This document shows, in pieces, positions 31,171 through 41,216 of a DNA stretch of 64,000 bases. The DNA is from Methylibium sp. (GTDB lineage Bacteria > Pseudomonadota > Gammaproteobacteria > Burkholderiales > Burkholderiaceae_C), in NCBI GenBank assembly GCA_035476815.1, contig DATILD010000017.1:332-64331 (forward strand), read 5' to 3'. A model generated the notes under the pieces. It saw only the letters and a list, made by a program, of their open reading frames with translations. It was not told the origin of the DNA and searched no databases. Numbering within the stretch: position 1 is the stretch's first letter; every line of letters starts with the position of its first letter. Both the position numbers and the translations under genes were made by a program.

Positions 31171-33381
31171 TCACTTGATCAGCGTGTAGAGCACCGCATG
31201 CGCCACCTCGCCGGCACCGGTGAGCGTCAGCAGGCCATGCACCTCGCCGCGCGGCACGCCCTGGGCCGTGCGCACCGTGACACGCAGCGTCGTGCTCTCG
31301 CCCGCCGCCAGCGTGAACGCGCCGACCGGCACGCTGAAGGACACGCCGCTGCGGCCGCCGGTCGCGGCCGGCGTCAGCGTCAGCGCGCCGCCACTGGTGT
31401 TGCGCACCGTCACGTCGATCGCGCGGGTCTGGCCGCTGCCGCTGGGGATCGCGCCGTAGCTGACGCTGACCGGATCGAGCGCGACCACCGCGTTGGTCGC
31501 CGCGACCAGGTTCTCCAGACCGGCGCCCTGCTCGCTGCCGGTGACCGCGCTGCCGTCGAAGTCGGTCAGGATCGTGCGGTTGGCGGTGTTGACAACGGCC
31601 GAGCGCACCTCCGCCGCGCTCAAGCCGGGCCGCTGCTGGATCACGATCGCGGCCGAGCCGGCCAGGTGCGGCGCGGCCATCGAGGTCCCGCTGAAGAAGG
31701 CGAAGCAGGGCGCGCCGCCGCAGTTGCTGACCGGGATCGACGACAGCACGAAGTCGCCCGGCGCCACCACATCCGGCTTGACGCGGAAGTCCACGTCGGT
31801 CGGGCCGCGGCTGGAGAAGTCCGCCAGGATGTTGTTGCGGGCCGGGTCGTACACATAGGTGGCCACATCGGGCAGCGTGGTCGACGCGCCGTCGGCCGCC
31901 ATCAGCGCCGCGCGGTCGGCCAGGCCGACCATGTAGGCCGGCAGCGTCGGCTGGTCGGGCTCGCCGTTGCCGCCCATCACGAACGGCGGGCCGGCCTCGC
32001 GGTTGACCATCAGCACGCCGACCGCGCCGGCCGCCTGGGCGTTGCGGACCTTGACGGTGAAGTCGCAGGTGCCGCGCGACAGCAGCGCGATGCGGCCGCT
32101 CAGGTCCGGCAGCGGCGCCGAGACCGGCGCGCCGCAGGCCTGCGACAGGCCGCCGAAGGGGCTGGTGGCATCGGCGACGACCGCCAGCGGCGCCGTCAGA
32201 CCGCCGGCCGGGACATGGCCGAACTCGCCGCGCACGCTGAGGTAGGACGCGCCATTCACCAGGGTGTAGGACACCGTGCTGTGGCCGACGCTGCTGGCAC
32301 CGGCGGTCAGGCCGCGCGGCGCGATGCCGGGCGAGCCGACCGTGTTGAGGCCCGGACCTTCGTTGCCGGCCGAGACGGTGATCACCATGTTGGCGAGGTC
32401 GAGGTTGTCGACCGCGGTGCTCAGCAGATCCTGGATGCCGTGCGAACCGCCGCCCAGGCTCATGTTGGCGACCTGGAAGCCGTCGGCGTAGGCGGCCTCG
32501 AGCGCGTTCAGGATGTCCTCGCTGCGGGCGCTCGTCACCGGGCCCGGGAAGACGTTGTAGTTGCCCAGCACCGCCCGCGGCGCGACGCCGGAAACACCGT
32601 AAGGCACCGTGCCACCCTCGACGGTGGCCGGCGTCTCGAAATTGCAGGCCACCGTGCCGGCGACATGGGTGCCGTGGTCCTGGACCGCGGCCGGCGACAC
32701 GCCCAGCGGTTTGGCCTTGTTGTTGAAGACCTTGGCGACGATGACCTTGTTGTTGGTCAGGCTGGCCGGGCCGGTCTTCGTCTGCACCGGGTAGCCGGTG
32801 TCGGCGAAGCAGGGGTGGGCGACGTCGATGCCCGAGTCGACGATCGCGACCTTGACGCCCTCGCCGGCCGTCGCCGCGCCACCGGACTGGTTCCAGGCCG
32901 GCACCGCGTCGATCAGCGCCAGGTCGGGGTCGGTCGCGCTCGGGTAGTACAGGCCCTGGTACTGGGCGCTGCGCACCATCGGCGCCGCGGCGACCTGCGC
33001 CAGCGTGGCGCCGTTGAGCTTGACGGCGACCGCGTTCAGCGCGATGTCGAACTCGCCGGAGACCCGCGCCCCCGGCACGTTGGCGCGCAGCCAGGCCTTG
33101 TAGTCGTTGCGCTGCGCCGACAGGAAGGCCCGGTGGGACTTCACCCCGCCGTTGTTGAAGTCGATCTTCTTGCCCTTGGCGGGCTTGGTCTTGGCACTGG
33201 TCGCGAGCGGGTCGGCCGCCAGCTGGACCAGCGCGTACGCGCGGTCGACCGAGGGCTTGGCGGCCGCATCGCTGCGGGCCGCGGCCTGTGCGCCCGGCGC
33301 GGTCGCGGTCAGCGCAGCGGCCGCGCACAGGGTCAGGGCGGCCATCACGACCGGTGTGAGGCGGGGGGTGGATGCATTCAT
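31171..33381 (-). CDS. Secreted S8 subtilase, Vpr-like, with I9 propeptide and PA domain
   Basis: Signal peptide; catalytic triad VDSG, HGTHVAG, GTSMAAPH; PA domain RGTCDFTVK..AQAAGA; GGAG RBS. Confidence 0.92.
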   Translation of the reverse strand: MNASTPRLTPVVMAALTLCAAAALTATAPGAQAAARSDAAAKPSVDRAYALVQLAADPLATSAKTKPAKGKKIDFNNGGVKSHRAFLSAQRNDYKAWLRANVPGARVSGEFDIALNAVAVKLNGATLAQVAAAPMVRSAQYQGLYYPSATDPDLALIDAVPAWNQSGGAATAGEGVKVAIVDSGIDVAHPCFADTGYPVQTKTGPASLTNNKVIVAKVFNNKAKPLGVSPAAVQDHGTHVAGTVACNFETPATVEGGTVPYGVSGVAPRAVLGNYNVFPGPVTSARSEDILNALEAAYADGFQVANMSLGGGSHGIQDLLSTAVDNLDLANMVITVSAGNEGPGLNTVGSPGIAPRGLTAGASSVGHSTVSYTLVNGASYLSVRGEFGHVPAGGLTAPLAVVADATSPFGGLSQACGAPVSAPLPDLSGRIALLSRGTCDFTVKVRNAQAAGAVGVLMVNREAGPPFVMGGNGEPDQPTLPAYMVGLADRAALMAADGASTTLPDVATYVYDPARNNILADFSSRGPTDVDFRVKPDVVAPGDFVLSSIPVSNCGGAPCFAFFSGTSMAAPHLAGSAAIVIQQRPGLSAAEVRSAVVNTANRTILTDFDGSAVTGSEQGAGLENLVAATNAVVALDPVSVSYGAIPSGSGQTRAIDVTVRNTSGGALTLTPAATGGRSGVSFSVPVGAFTLAAGESTTLRVTVRTAQGVPRGEVHGLLTLTGAGEVAHAVLYTLIK

Positions 33382-33570
33382 CGACGGGACTCCCGGAGGT
33401 TCTGGGGATGGAAGGACTTCGCCCTGACTTGTGGCCAGGGCGCGACCTGTAAGCATATGCAACCCGGGCGCCAGCACCATCCCGCGAAGCATGGGACGGG
33501 TAAGCCCTGGCGACAGCCACGGCGGATTGCGGCATGTGCTGCGTCGGCCGACTGCCAGAATCCGCCCTCG

Positions 33571-34215
33571 ATGAAACCGCCCCAGATCGAGACCTTCTTC
33601 GCCACCCTGGCCGCCGCCAACCCCGAGCCGGCCAGCGAGCTGGTCTACAGCTCGGTGTTCGAGCTGTTGGCCGCGGTGCTGCTGTCGGCGCAGGCCACCG
33701 ATGTCGGCGTCAACAAGGCGACGCGGCGGCTGTTCGCGCTGGCGCCGACGCCTCGGCGCATGCTTGCGCTCGGGCTCGACGGCCTCACCGAGCACATCCG
33801 CACCATCGGCCTGTACCGCAACAAGGCGCGCCACCTGCTCGAAACCTGCCGGCTGCTGGTCGAACGCCATGGCGGCGAGGTGCCGCGCACGCGCGAGGCC
33901 CTCGAGGCCCTGCCCGGCGTCGGCCGCAAGACCGCCAACGTGGTGCTCAACGTCGCCTTCGGCGAGCCGACGATGGCGGTCGACACGCACATCTTCCGCG
34001 TCGCCAACCGCACCGGCCTGGCGCCGGGCAAGACGCCGCTGGCGGTCGAGCTGAAACTGCTCGAGCGCGTGCCCGCGGCCTACGCCGAGCATGCGCACCA
34101 CTGGCTGATCCTGCACGGCCGCTATGTCTGCCAGGCGCGCAAGCCGCGCTGCGGCGCCTGTGGCGTGTCCGGCGTGTGCGGCTGGCGCGACAAGGGGCGG
34201 CCCACGAGCGCCTGA
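33571..34215 (+). CDS. nth: Endonuclease III
   Basis: LLSAQATD, HhH motif LPGVGRKTANVV, VDTH, and Fe-S motif C.ARKPRCGAC.....C. Confidence 0.96.
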   Translation: MKPPQIETFFATLAAANPEPASELVYSSVFELLAAVLLSAQATDVGVNKATRRLFALAPTPRRMLALGLDGLTEHIRTIGLYRNKARHLLETCRLLVERHGGEVPRTREALEALPGVGRKTANVVLNVAFGEPTMAVDTHIFRVANRTGLAPGKTPLAVELKLLERVPAAYAEHAHHWLILHGRYVCQARKPRCGACGVSGVCGWRDKGRPTSA

Positions 34216-34288
34216 TGGCCCACAAACCCGCGCAAGATGTCAACTTGTGCAGGGGCAACGCCGCGCGTCAAAGGTCACAATTCGGGCC

Positions 34289-34891
34289 ATGCCATCCGGT
34301 GATGCCCTGAGGGACGTCTGTGGCCGCCTCGACAGCGGCGACATCGACTACGTCCAGTTCCTCGAACTGTTCACGCGCGAACTCGCGCGCGAGATGGACT
34401 GCACGCGCGCGGGCATCTGGATCTTCGTCGGCGGCGAACGCAGCCGCATCCTGCACAGCATCGCGATGTACGACGCCGGCCGCGACCGCATGGTCGGCGC
34501 GTCGGATATCGAGGGCTCGGCGGTCACCGCCTATTTCGACGCGCTGTTGCGCGACGGCTGTGTCGTCGCGCCCGATGCGCTCACGCACCCGGCCACCGTG
34601 GGTTTCCGCGAGGACCTGCGGCGCCTGGACATCCGCTCGCTGATGGACGTGTGCTTCTCCGGCAACGGCAGCCTGTTCGGCGCCTTCAGCTGCGAGCAGA
34701 TCGGCAAGCAGGTCGACTGGTCGCCGCGCCAGCTGCAGCGCCTGCGCCAGATCGGCGTGATGGCCAGCCTGACGCTGGTGCGCACGGTCCACTGGCAGGT
34801 CGACACGGCGCACGGCGCGCTGTGGGAGACCAGCACGCCGAACCGGCTGCTGACGATGCCGATGCCGCTGGACGTCGACAAGCCGAAGTAG
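34289..34891 (+). CDS. Stand-alone GAF domain protein
   Basis: RAGIW, YF.AL......APDA.THP, IRSLMD, GAFSCEQ.....W. Confidence 0.75.
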   Translation: MPSGDALRDVCGRLDSGDIDYVQFLELFTRELAREMDCTRAGIWIFVGGERSRILHSIAMYDAGRDRMVGASDIEGSAVTAYFDALLRDGCVVAPDALTHPATVGFREDLRRLDIRSLMDVCFSGNGSLFGAFSCEQIGKQVDWSPRQLQRLRQIGVMASLTLVRTVHWQVDTAHGALWETSTPNRLLTMPMPLDVDKPK

Positions 34892-34893
34892 CG

Positions 34894-35802
34894 TCAGCGG
34901 CTTCGGCGCACCCGCTCCAGCACCTCGCAGGCCGCCTGCACGCCGAGGGCGATGCGCGGACCGGCCCGGGCGATCAGATCCCCGTCGAGTTGGTAGAAGG
35001 CCCCGCGCCGCGTCGCGGCCAGGCCGCGCGCCGACCGCCACGTGGCGAAGCCCGGCGCATCGGGCCGGTGGATCCAGGGCACGTCGGGCCGCTCGCTGCC
35101 GGTCAGCACCACTTGCGGATCGGCCGCGAGCACCGCCTCGGTCGAGACCGGCGGCACCAGCGCATCGAGACCGGCGAACACGTTGCGGCCGCCGCACAGC
35201 GCCAGGACGTCGCTGACGAGGTGGCGGCCGTTGAGCGTGAGCAGCGGCTGCGGCCAGACCTGGTAGAAGACCCGCAGCGGCGCCGCGCCGGCATGGCGTG
35301 TGCGCAGCGCCTCGATCGTGCCGCGCAGCCGGGTGGCCTCGCGCGCGCCCTCGGCCTCGCGCCCGAGCAGGCGGCCGACGCGCTCCAGCGACGCCGGCAC
35401 CTCGGCGAGGCGCTGCGATTCGAGCCGCACCACGCGCAGGCCGGCCGCCTCGAGCGCGCGCACCTCGCGATCCGGGTTGCCGCTCAGCCAGGCGAGCACG
35501 AGGTCGGGCTTGAGCAGCAGCAGCCGCTCGACATCGAAGCGCGCGTGGTCGCCGATGCGCGGCAGCGCGCGCGCGGCTTCGGGAAAGTCACTGGCGTCGA
35601 TGGTCCCGACCAACTGCGCGCCGCCGCCCACCGCGTAGACGATCTCGGTCAGGTGCGGTGCGAGCGTCACGACGCGGCGGGCCGGGCCGGCGATGCGGTG
35701 CTCGCGGCCGGCGTCGTCGACGAAGACGATCGGCGTGGCCTGGGCGACGGCACAGCCCGCCAGACAGGTTGCCGCGACGAGCCGACGCCATCGGCTCGTC
35801 AC
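34894..35802 (-). CDS. btuF: Cobalamin ABC transporter substrate-binding protein
   Basis: RRVVTLAPHLTE, SDFP..A..LP.IG, KPDLV, CGGRNVF, P.VSTEAV; last gene of a B12-riboswitch operon. Confidence 0.85.
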   Translation of the reverse strand: MTSRWRRLVAATCLAGCAVAQATPIVFVDDAGREHRIAGPARRVVTLAPHLTEIVYAVGGGAQLVGTIDASDFPEAARALPRIGDHARFDVERLLLLKPDLVLAWLSGNPDREVRALEAAGLRVVRLESQRLAEVPASLERVGRLLGREAEGAREATRLRGTIEALRTRHAGAAPLRVFYQVWPQPLLTLNGRHLVSDVLALCGGRNVFAGLDALVPPVSTEAVLAADPQVVLTGSERPDVPWIHRPDAPGFATWRSARGLAATRRGAFYQLDGDLIARAGPRIALGVQAACEVLERVRRSR

Positions 35803-36593
35803 GACATGCCCTCGCGCCGCGGCCCGATCCAGAAGCGCTGCTCGCCGCACACCTCGACGCGATCGATAGTCACACCATAGGCGGCCGACAGCCGCGCCGG
35901 CGTCATCACCGCCTCGCGCGGGCCGGCCGCAGCGCCACCGCGCCCGTCGAGCAGCACCGCATGGGTCGCGAGCTGCCAGGCGAGTTGCACGTCGTGCAGG
36001 CTGGCGCAGACGGCACCACCGCGCGAGGCATGCGCACCCAGAGCCACCACGAGCTGCTGCTGGTGCGCCAGATCGAGGTGCGAGGTCGGCTCGTCGAGCA
36101 GCAGCAGCGGCGCGTCCTGCCACAGCGCCGCGGCCAGCGCGACGCGCTGGCGTTCGCCACCCGACAGTCGCCGCACGTCGGTCGCGGCGAGCGGTGCGAG
36201 GTCGAGTGCGGCCAGCAGCGCGTCGAAGGCGGTGCCAGCGTCCGCCGCGTCGCCGCGGCGGGCCGCGCGCACCGTCTCGTCGACACGGGCCGGGAAGGGA
36301 TCGCTCCAGAACTGCGGGCACCAGGCGCGCCAACGCGCCAGCGCGTCGGGCCGCCAGTCGGCCAGCGCCACGCCCTGCAGCGCAAGCGCCCCGCCGGTCG
36401 GCGGCAGCAGGCCGGCCAGCGTGGCGATCAGCGTCGACTTGCCGGCCCCGTTCGGGCCCAGCACGACCCAGCGCTCGCCGCCGCGGATCTCGAAGCCGAG
36501 TCCGGTCGCGAGCCGCCGCGCCGAGGCCTGCGCGCCGGCATGCAGCGCGAGGCCGGTCGCCTGCAGGCCGATCGCGTCGTGCCAGGGTCTCAT
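35799..36593 (-). CDS. btuD: Cobalamin/iron ABC transporter ATP-binding protein
   Basis: GPNGAGKST, LSGGERQR, LLLDEPTSHLD. Confidence 0.85.
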   Translation of the reverse strand: MRPWHDAIGLQATGLALHAGAQASARRLATGLGFEIRGGERWVVLGPNGAGKSTLIATLAGLLPPTGGALALQGVALADWRPDALARWRAWCPQFWSDPFPARVDETVRAARRGDAADAGTAFDALLAALDLAPLAATDVRRLSGGERQRVALAAALWQDAPLLLLDEPTSHLDLAHQQQLVVALGAHASRGGAVCASLHDVQLAWQLATHAVLLDGRGGAAAGPREAVMTPARLSAAYGVTIDRVEVCGEQRFWIGPRREGMS

Positions 36594-37591
36594 CGCCCGC
36601 GCACCAGCAGGGCCAGGAACATCGGCACGCCGACCGCCGCCGACAGCACGCCGACCGGCAGCTGCAGCGGCGCGAACACGGTGCGCGCGGCGGCGTCGGC
36701 CAGCACGATGAAGGCGCCGCCGGCGAGCGCGCTCGCGACCAGCAGCGGCCGCACCGCGCGCACGCCGAGCAGCCGCAGCGCCTGCGGCACCACCAGCCCG
36801 ACGAAGCCGATCGCGCCGGCCGTCGCCACCGCGGCGCCGGTGGCCAGCGCCGCGGCGGCGAGCGCCTCGCGCTTGCGCCGCAGCACCGGCACGCCCAGGC
36901 TCTCGGCCCAGGCGTCGCCGCGGGCCAGCAGCGCCAGGTCGTCGGCGCCGCGCCACACCAGGGCCAGCGCGGCCGGCAGCGCCAGCCACAGCGGCCACCA
37001 CACCAGCGCGCCGTTCAGGTCGCCGAGCAGCCAGAAGATCAGTCCGCGCAGCGGCGCCTCGGGCACCAGCACCAGCAGCGCCGACACCAGCGCCGAGCAG
37101 CCGGCGCCGATCATCACGCCGATCAGCAGCAGCGTGCTGCGCGCCTCGCCCGGCGGCTGCAGGCCGGAGACGCGACCGAGCGTGCGCCAGGCCAGCGCGA
37201 ACAGCAGCGCGACCGCGCCGGCCGCGCCGGCGGCCGCGCCGAGCATCACGCTCAGCGCGGCCAGCGCCGGCGGCGCGACCAACATCGCCCCGAGCGCCCC
37301 GACCGACGCGCCGCCCGACAGGCCGAGCACATAGGGATCGGCCAGCGCGTTGCGCGTCAGCAGCTGCATCAGCGCACCGGCCAGCGCCAGCGCGGCGCCG
37401 GCGCCGAAGCCGGCCAGCACCCGCGGCGCGCGCACCTGCCAGACGATGTCGGGGCTGCCATAGCCGAAGCCCGACGAGCCGATCGCGAGCGACAGCGCCG
37501 CCGCGGCGAGCGCCGCCAACCCCAGCAGCCACAGAAAGCGCGCCGGGCGCGGCGGCGGCAGTCGGTTGGCGGTCGGGGTGGCACCAGGCAC
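36590..37591 (-). CDS. btuC: Cobalamin/iron ABC transporter permease (FecCD family)
   Basis: RAPRV, LTRNALADPYVLG, GAIGFVGLVVP, LPVG. Confidence 0.85.
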   Translation of the reverse strand: MPGATPTANRLPPPRPARFLWLLGLAALAAAALSLAIGSSGFGYGSPDIVWQVRAPRVLAGFGAGAALALAGALMQLLTRNALADPYVLGLSGGASVGALGAMLVAPPALAALSVMLGAAAGAAGAVALLFALAWRTLGRVSGLQPPGEARSTLLLIGVMIGAGCSALVSALLVLVPEAPLRGLIFWLLGDLNGALVWWPLWLALPAALALVWRGADDLALLARGDAWAESLGVPVLRRKREALAAAALATGAAVATAGAIGFVGLVVPQALRLLGVRAVRPLLVASALAGGAFIVLADAAARTVFAPLQLPVGVLSAAVGVPMFLALLVRGR

Positions 37592-37613
37592 GACGAACTG
37601 GCGTCGGCGACGC

Positions 37614-39587
37614 TCAGAAGCGCAGGCGCGCGGAGACCGTCACGACGCGGCCGGCTTCCGGGTAGATCGAGGTCGGCTGCCCGCCGGCGCAGGCGAAGGC
37701 CAGCGTGTAATAGGTCCGGTCGGTCACGTTGCTCGCCCCGACCGCCAGTTCGAGTCCGTCCATCTGATAGGCATAGCGCAGATCGAGCGTCGTGTAGCTG
37801 GGGATCGAGCAAGTGTTGCCGAAGTCGGCATGCTGCGACGCCACCCGGTTCACGCCGGCCACCACACTGTGCCCCGCCACGGGGACCCAGTTCGCGCGCA
37901 GCGACAGCGTGCGCTCCGGTGCCAACGGCACGTCGCGCCCATCGTAGGGGCCGGCGGTGAAGGTCGAGCGCCGCAGCGCGCCGGCCACGCTCACATTGAG
38001 CGAAGAGAGCACCGGCGTCGAGGCCTCGAACTCGACCCCCTGGCGGCGCGTGTCGTCGAAGTTGACGTTCGCGCCGCTCATGCCGCCGAACGGGTCGGCC
38101 GCGGCCGGATCGAAGCCGATCTCGTTGCTCAGCGCGCTGCGGTACAGGCGCAGGTCGGCGCGCCGGCCCGCGTCGGCCCAGCGCAGGCCGAGTTCCGCGT
38201 CGCGCGAGGTCTGGGGACGCAGTTCCGCGCCGCCGGAGGTGTAGCTGAACTCGTCCACGTTCGGCAGGCGGAAACTGCGGCCGACGCGGCCGTACAGGCC
38301 GGTGGTGGGGGTCACCGGCAGCAGCGCGCCGAGCTCCCAGGCGTGCTCGCGCTCGTCGATGACCTGCGGGCTCGTGCTGTTGCGCTTGTCGATCGACTCG
38401 GTGCGCGCGCCGGCGCTGAGGCGCAGTCCGCCCGGCAGCGTGGCCTCGTCCCTGACGTAGACCGCCGTCGAGTCCTGCTCGGCCACCGAGCCGAACAGGC
38501 CGGGCACGACGCGCTGCCAAGTGCCGCGGTCAACGCCGAGGACCAGCGCATGGCCGACATCGCCCCAGCGGCCGCTGCGCTTGGCACGCAACGCCAGGGT
38601 CTTGGCGTCGACATCGTAGGCGTAGATGTAGCCCGAGAAGTCGCTCCGCAGCGCCTTGTCGCGCCAGCCGGCGTCGACGCCGAGTTGCCACTGCGCGAGC
38701 GCGGTCTCGACGAACACGCCGCGGCGCTCGTTGCGGATCGAACCCTGGTCATTGGGGGTCGAGGCCTGCCGCGGGTTGCTGCGGTACTGCGCCAGGGTCA
38801 GGCTGCCCGGGAGGCCGCTGTCGAGCTCGTCCTTCGCAAACTGGACCCCGAGCCGCAGCCCGTCGGTACGCCACTGGCCGAGCAGGGACACGCCATCGGT
38901 CTCGGAGCGGAAGTTGTCGCGGTGATTGTCGGAGCGCCGCCGGTGGGCCGACACGTCGGCCGAGAAGCCGCCCGCGGCCACGGTGGCCCCGGCGCGCAGC
39001 TCGCGGAGGTGGTCACCGCCCGCCGCCGCATAGGCATAGCCGCCGCTGTCGCGCGTGCCGCCGGCGCCGCCCTTGGTGGTGATCACGATCACGCCGGCGG
39101 TCGCACCCTCGCCATAGAGGACGCTGCCGCTGCCGCGGACCACTTCGATGCGCTCGACCGACTCGATCGGGATGCCCGCCATGCGCGTGCCGCCGAGGTC
39201 GGCCTCGCTCAGGCGGATGCCGTCGACGATCACGACCTGGTTGTTGTCGGCCGTCGCGCCGAAGCCGCGCAAGTCGAGCGTGTAGTCGCCGCCACCGTTG
39301 AGGTCGACCCGGCCGGGAATGCCGAGCAGCCTGATCAGCGCCTCGTTGATGCTGGTCGCGCCGATCTCGGCGATCTGGCGCGCCGTCACCACGCTGACGC
39401 CGAAGGGCAGCGTGTCGGGATCCGCGCTGAAGCGGGTCGCGGTCACGAACACGGGCGACAGCTTGGCGGCGGCACCGCCGTCGAGGCCTTGCGCGGCGAC
39501 CGACAGCGAGATGGACAGGGCGGCGCCGGCGATCACGGGGATGGCCGAAGCCCGGCGCACACGGCGCACGGAGGCAGGGGAGTTCAT
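37614..39587 (-). CDS. btuB: TonB-dependent cobalamin receptor
   Basis: TonB-box-like VFVTATR, LRGFG, IERIEVVRGSGSVLYG, terminal Phe; directly downstream of the cobalamin riboswitch. Confidence 0.85.
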   Translation of the reverse strand: MNSPASVRRVRRASAIPVIAGAALSISLSVAAQGLDGGAAAKLSPVFVTATRFSADPDTLPFGVSVVTARQIAEIGATSINEALIRLLGIPGRVDLNGGGDYTLDLRGFGATADNNQVVIVDGIRLSEADLGGTRMAGIPIESVERIEVVRGSGSVLYGEGATAGVIVITTKGGAGGTRDSGGYAYAAAGGDHLRELRAGATVAAGGFSADVSAHRRRSDNHRDNFRSETDGVSLLGQWRTDGLRLGVQFAKDELDSGLPGSLTLAQYRSNPRQASTPNDQGSIRNERRGVFVETALAQWQLGVDAGWRDKALRSDFSGYIYAYDVDAKTLALRAKRSGRWGDVGHALVLGVDRGTWQRVVPGLFGSVAEQDSTAVYVRDEATLPGGLRLSAGARTESIDKRNSTSPQVIDEREHAWELGALLPVTPTTGLYGRVGRSFRLPNVDEFSYTSGGAELRPQTSRDAELGLRWADAGRRADLRLYRSALSNEIGFDPAAADPFGGMSGANVNFDDTRRQGVEFEASTPVLSSLNVSVAGALRRSTFTAGPYDGRDVPLAPERTLSLRANWVPVAGHSVVAGVNRVASQHADFGNTCSIPSYTTLDLRYAYQMDGLELAVGASNVTDRTYYTLAFACAGGQPTSIYPEAGRVVTVSARLRF

Positions 39588-39671
39588 CAGAGGTAAACAG
39601 GACTCGAGAGCCGGCGCGAGCTTCCCCGCAAGCGCTGGCGACATGGCGCTCGCCTTGCGGCGCGCGCCTCC

Positions 39672-39886
39672 TGTTGGCCGGTATCCGGGCTGGCGGAGGC
39701 GACCCTCGTGACCTTCCCAGCCGCTCGCAGGCGACCAGTGGCATGAGCACGAGAGCGGAGGCCATGAACAGCACCTCGTCCGCTTACCGTTGCGGGGGCA
39801 GCGCAGGTTGGGTTCGACCCGGAGGGTCTGGCCGTCCTGCTTCCCGTTTGACTGTGCGACCGTGAACGGCAGCACGAGCACCAACG
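39672..39886 (-). promoter_or_regulatory. Cobalamin (AdoCbl) riboswitch
   Basis: Minus strand: GGTGC...AAACGGGAAGCAGG...CCTGCGCTGCCCCCGCAACGGTAAG...GCCACTG...CTGGGAAGG...AGCCCGGATACCGGCC (B12 box), upstream of btuB. Confidence 0.92.
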
Positions 39887-39956
39887 TTGCGGAGTGTAAG
39901 GGCGGTGCGAGGCCCCGCCTACAATCGTCACGGACAACGCGGGAGCCGGCACGACC

Positions 39957-40181
39957 ATGGCGAGCATCGAGGAACTGGCCGAGCGCGTGGAGCGCCTGCT
40001 GCTGCGTCACGAGGAACTGCAGCGCACCCACACGCTGACGGTGCAGCAGCTCGGCGCGGTCAGCGCCGAGCGCGACTCGCTGAAGTCGCGCCTCGCCGCT
40101 GCGCGCCAGCGCATCGATGCGCTGCTCGACCGCCTGCCGCAGAACGACAGCCCCGCCGCCGAAGCCCAGGACACGCGCTGA
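39957..40181 (+). CDS. ZapB-like coiled-coil protein (DUF904)
   Basis: 74-aa coiled coil (L.ERVERLLLRHEELQR...RIDALLDRLP) directly before zapA. Confidence 0.8.
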   Translation: MASIEELAERVERLLLRHEELQRTHTLTVQQLGAVSAERDSLKSRLAAARQRIDALLDRLPQNDSPAAEAQDTR

Positions 40182-40501
40182 TGAAGCAGGTCGAAGTCAC
40201 CATCATGGGCCAGAGCTACCGCCTCGGCTGCCCCGACGGCGGCGAGCGCGCGCTGCACGAGGCGGTGGCCAACGTCGACCGCGAGATGTGCGGCATCCGC
40301 GACTCGGGCAAGGTCAAGGCGCGCGAGCGCATCGCGGTGCTCGCGGCGCTGAACCTCGCATTCAACCTGGCCGAGCGCGGCGCCGCCGCGGTCGCGGCGC
40401 CGGCCGCAGCCAGCGGATCGGCCGCGGTCGACGACCCGTCGATCGACCTGCTGATTGCTCGCATCGACGAGGCCCTCGGCCACGACGGTCAATTGCTGTA
40501 A
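40181..40501 (+). CDS. zapA: Cell division protein ZapA
   Basis: VEVTIMGQSYRLGCP...VDREM..IRD.GKV..RERIAVLAALN. Confidence 0.92.
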   Translation: MKQVEVTIMGQSYRLGCPDGGERALHEAVANVDREMCGIRDSGKVKARERIAVLAALNLAFNLAERGAAAVAAPAAASGSAAVDDPSIDLLIARIDEALGHDGQLL

Positions 40502-40540
40502 CGCCCTGCCCGGCGTCATGCGACGCGGCGTACACTGGTT

Positions 40541-40722
40541 TCGTCCGTTGCGTCCGCGGGGGCCTTGGTTTCCCTGTTCCGATGCTCGTATGAGCAAGGG
40601 CTTGGAACATCGCTCGGCTGGTGTGATCGTCTCGCGTCAGATGAACCCGAGGCCTTGCTGACCTCGCCCACCTGAACCCCACGGTTCGGGAATGCGGCTC
40701 CCGGTTCGCGGCGGACACCTTT
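40541..40722 (+). ncRNA. ssrS: 6S RNA
   Basis: Conserved position after zapA; TACACT -10 at 40530; rod-like closing ends GTCCG...CGGAC; TTCCCTG, CTTGGAAC and CCTGAACC..GGTTCGGG motifs. Boundaries approximate. Confidence 0.75.
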
Positions 40723-40745
40723 CCCCTGCCGCCCGCCCTCCCCGC

Positions 40746-41216
40746 ATGGCCCACTGGCTGATGAAGTCCGAGCCCGACGAGGTCTCGATCGACGACCTCG
40801 CGTCCGCGCCTCGGCACACCCTGCCCTGGACCGGCGTGCGCAACTACCAGGCGCGCAATTTCATGCGCGACGCGATGCGCGTCGGCGACGGCGTGCTGTT
40901 CTATCACTCGTCCTGCCCGCAGCCGGGCATCGCCGGTCTGGCCGAGGTGGTGTCGGGCCCGCTCACCGACGCCACGCAGTTCGACCCGGCGAGCCCGTAC
41001 TTCGACCCGAAGGCCACGCCCGAGGCGCCGCGCTGGATCGGCGTCGACGTGCGGCTGCTGCGCAAGACCCGGTTGCTGCCGCTGGCCGAGCTGCGCGCCG
41101 CGCCCGAACTCGCCAGCCTGCGCATCCTGCAGCGCGGCAACCGCCTGTCGATCACGCCGGTGACCGAGGCCGAGTGGCGCGCGGTGCTCGCGCGCCTCGA
41201 CGCACCCGGATGCTGA
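40746..41216 (+). CDS. EVE domain protein
   Basis: WLMKSEP, WTGVRNYQARNFMR, FYHS, RLSITPV. Confidence 0.93.
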   Translation: MAHWLMKSEPDEVSIDDLASAPRHTLPWTGVRNYQARNFMRDAMRVGDGVLFYHSSCPQPGIAGLAEVVSGPLTDATQFDPASPYFDPKATPEAPRWIGVDVRLLRKTRLLPLAELRAAPELASLRILQRGNRLSITPVTEAEWRAVLARLDAPGC

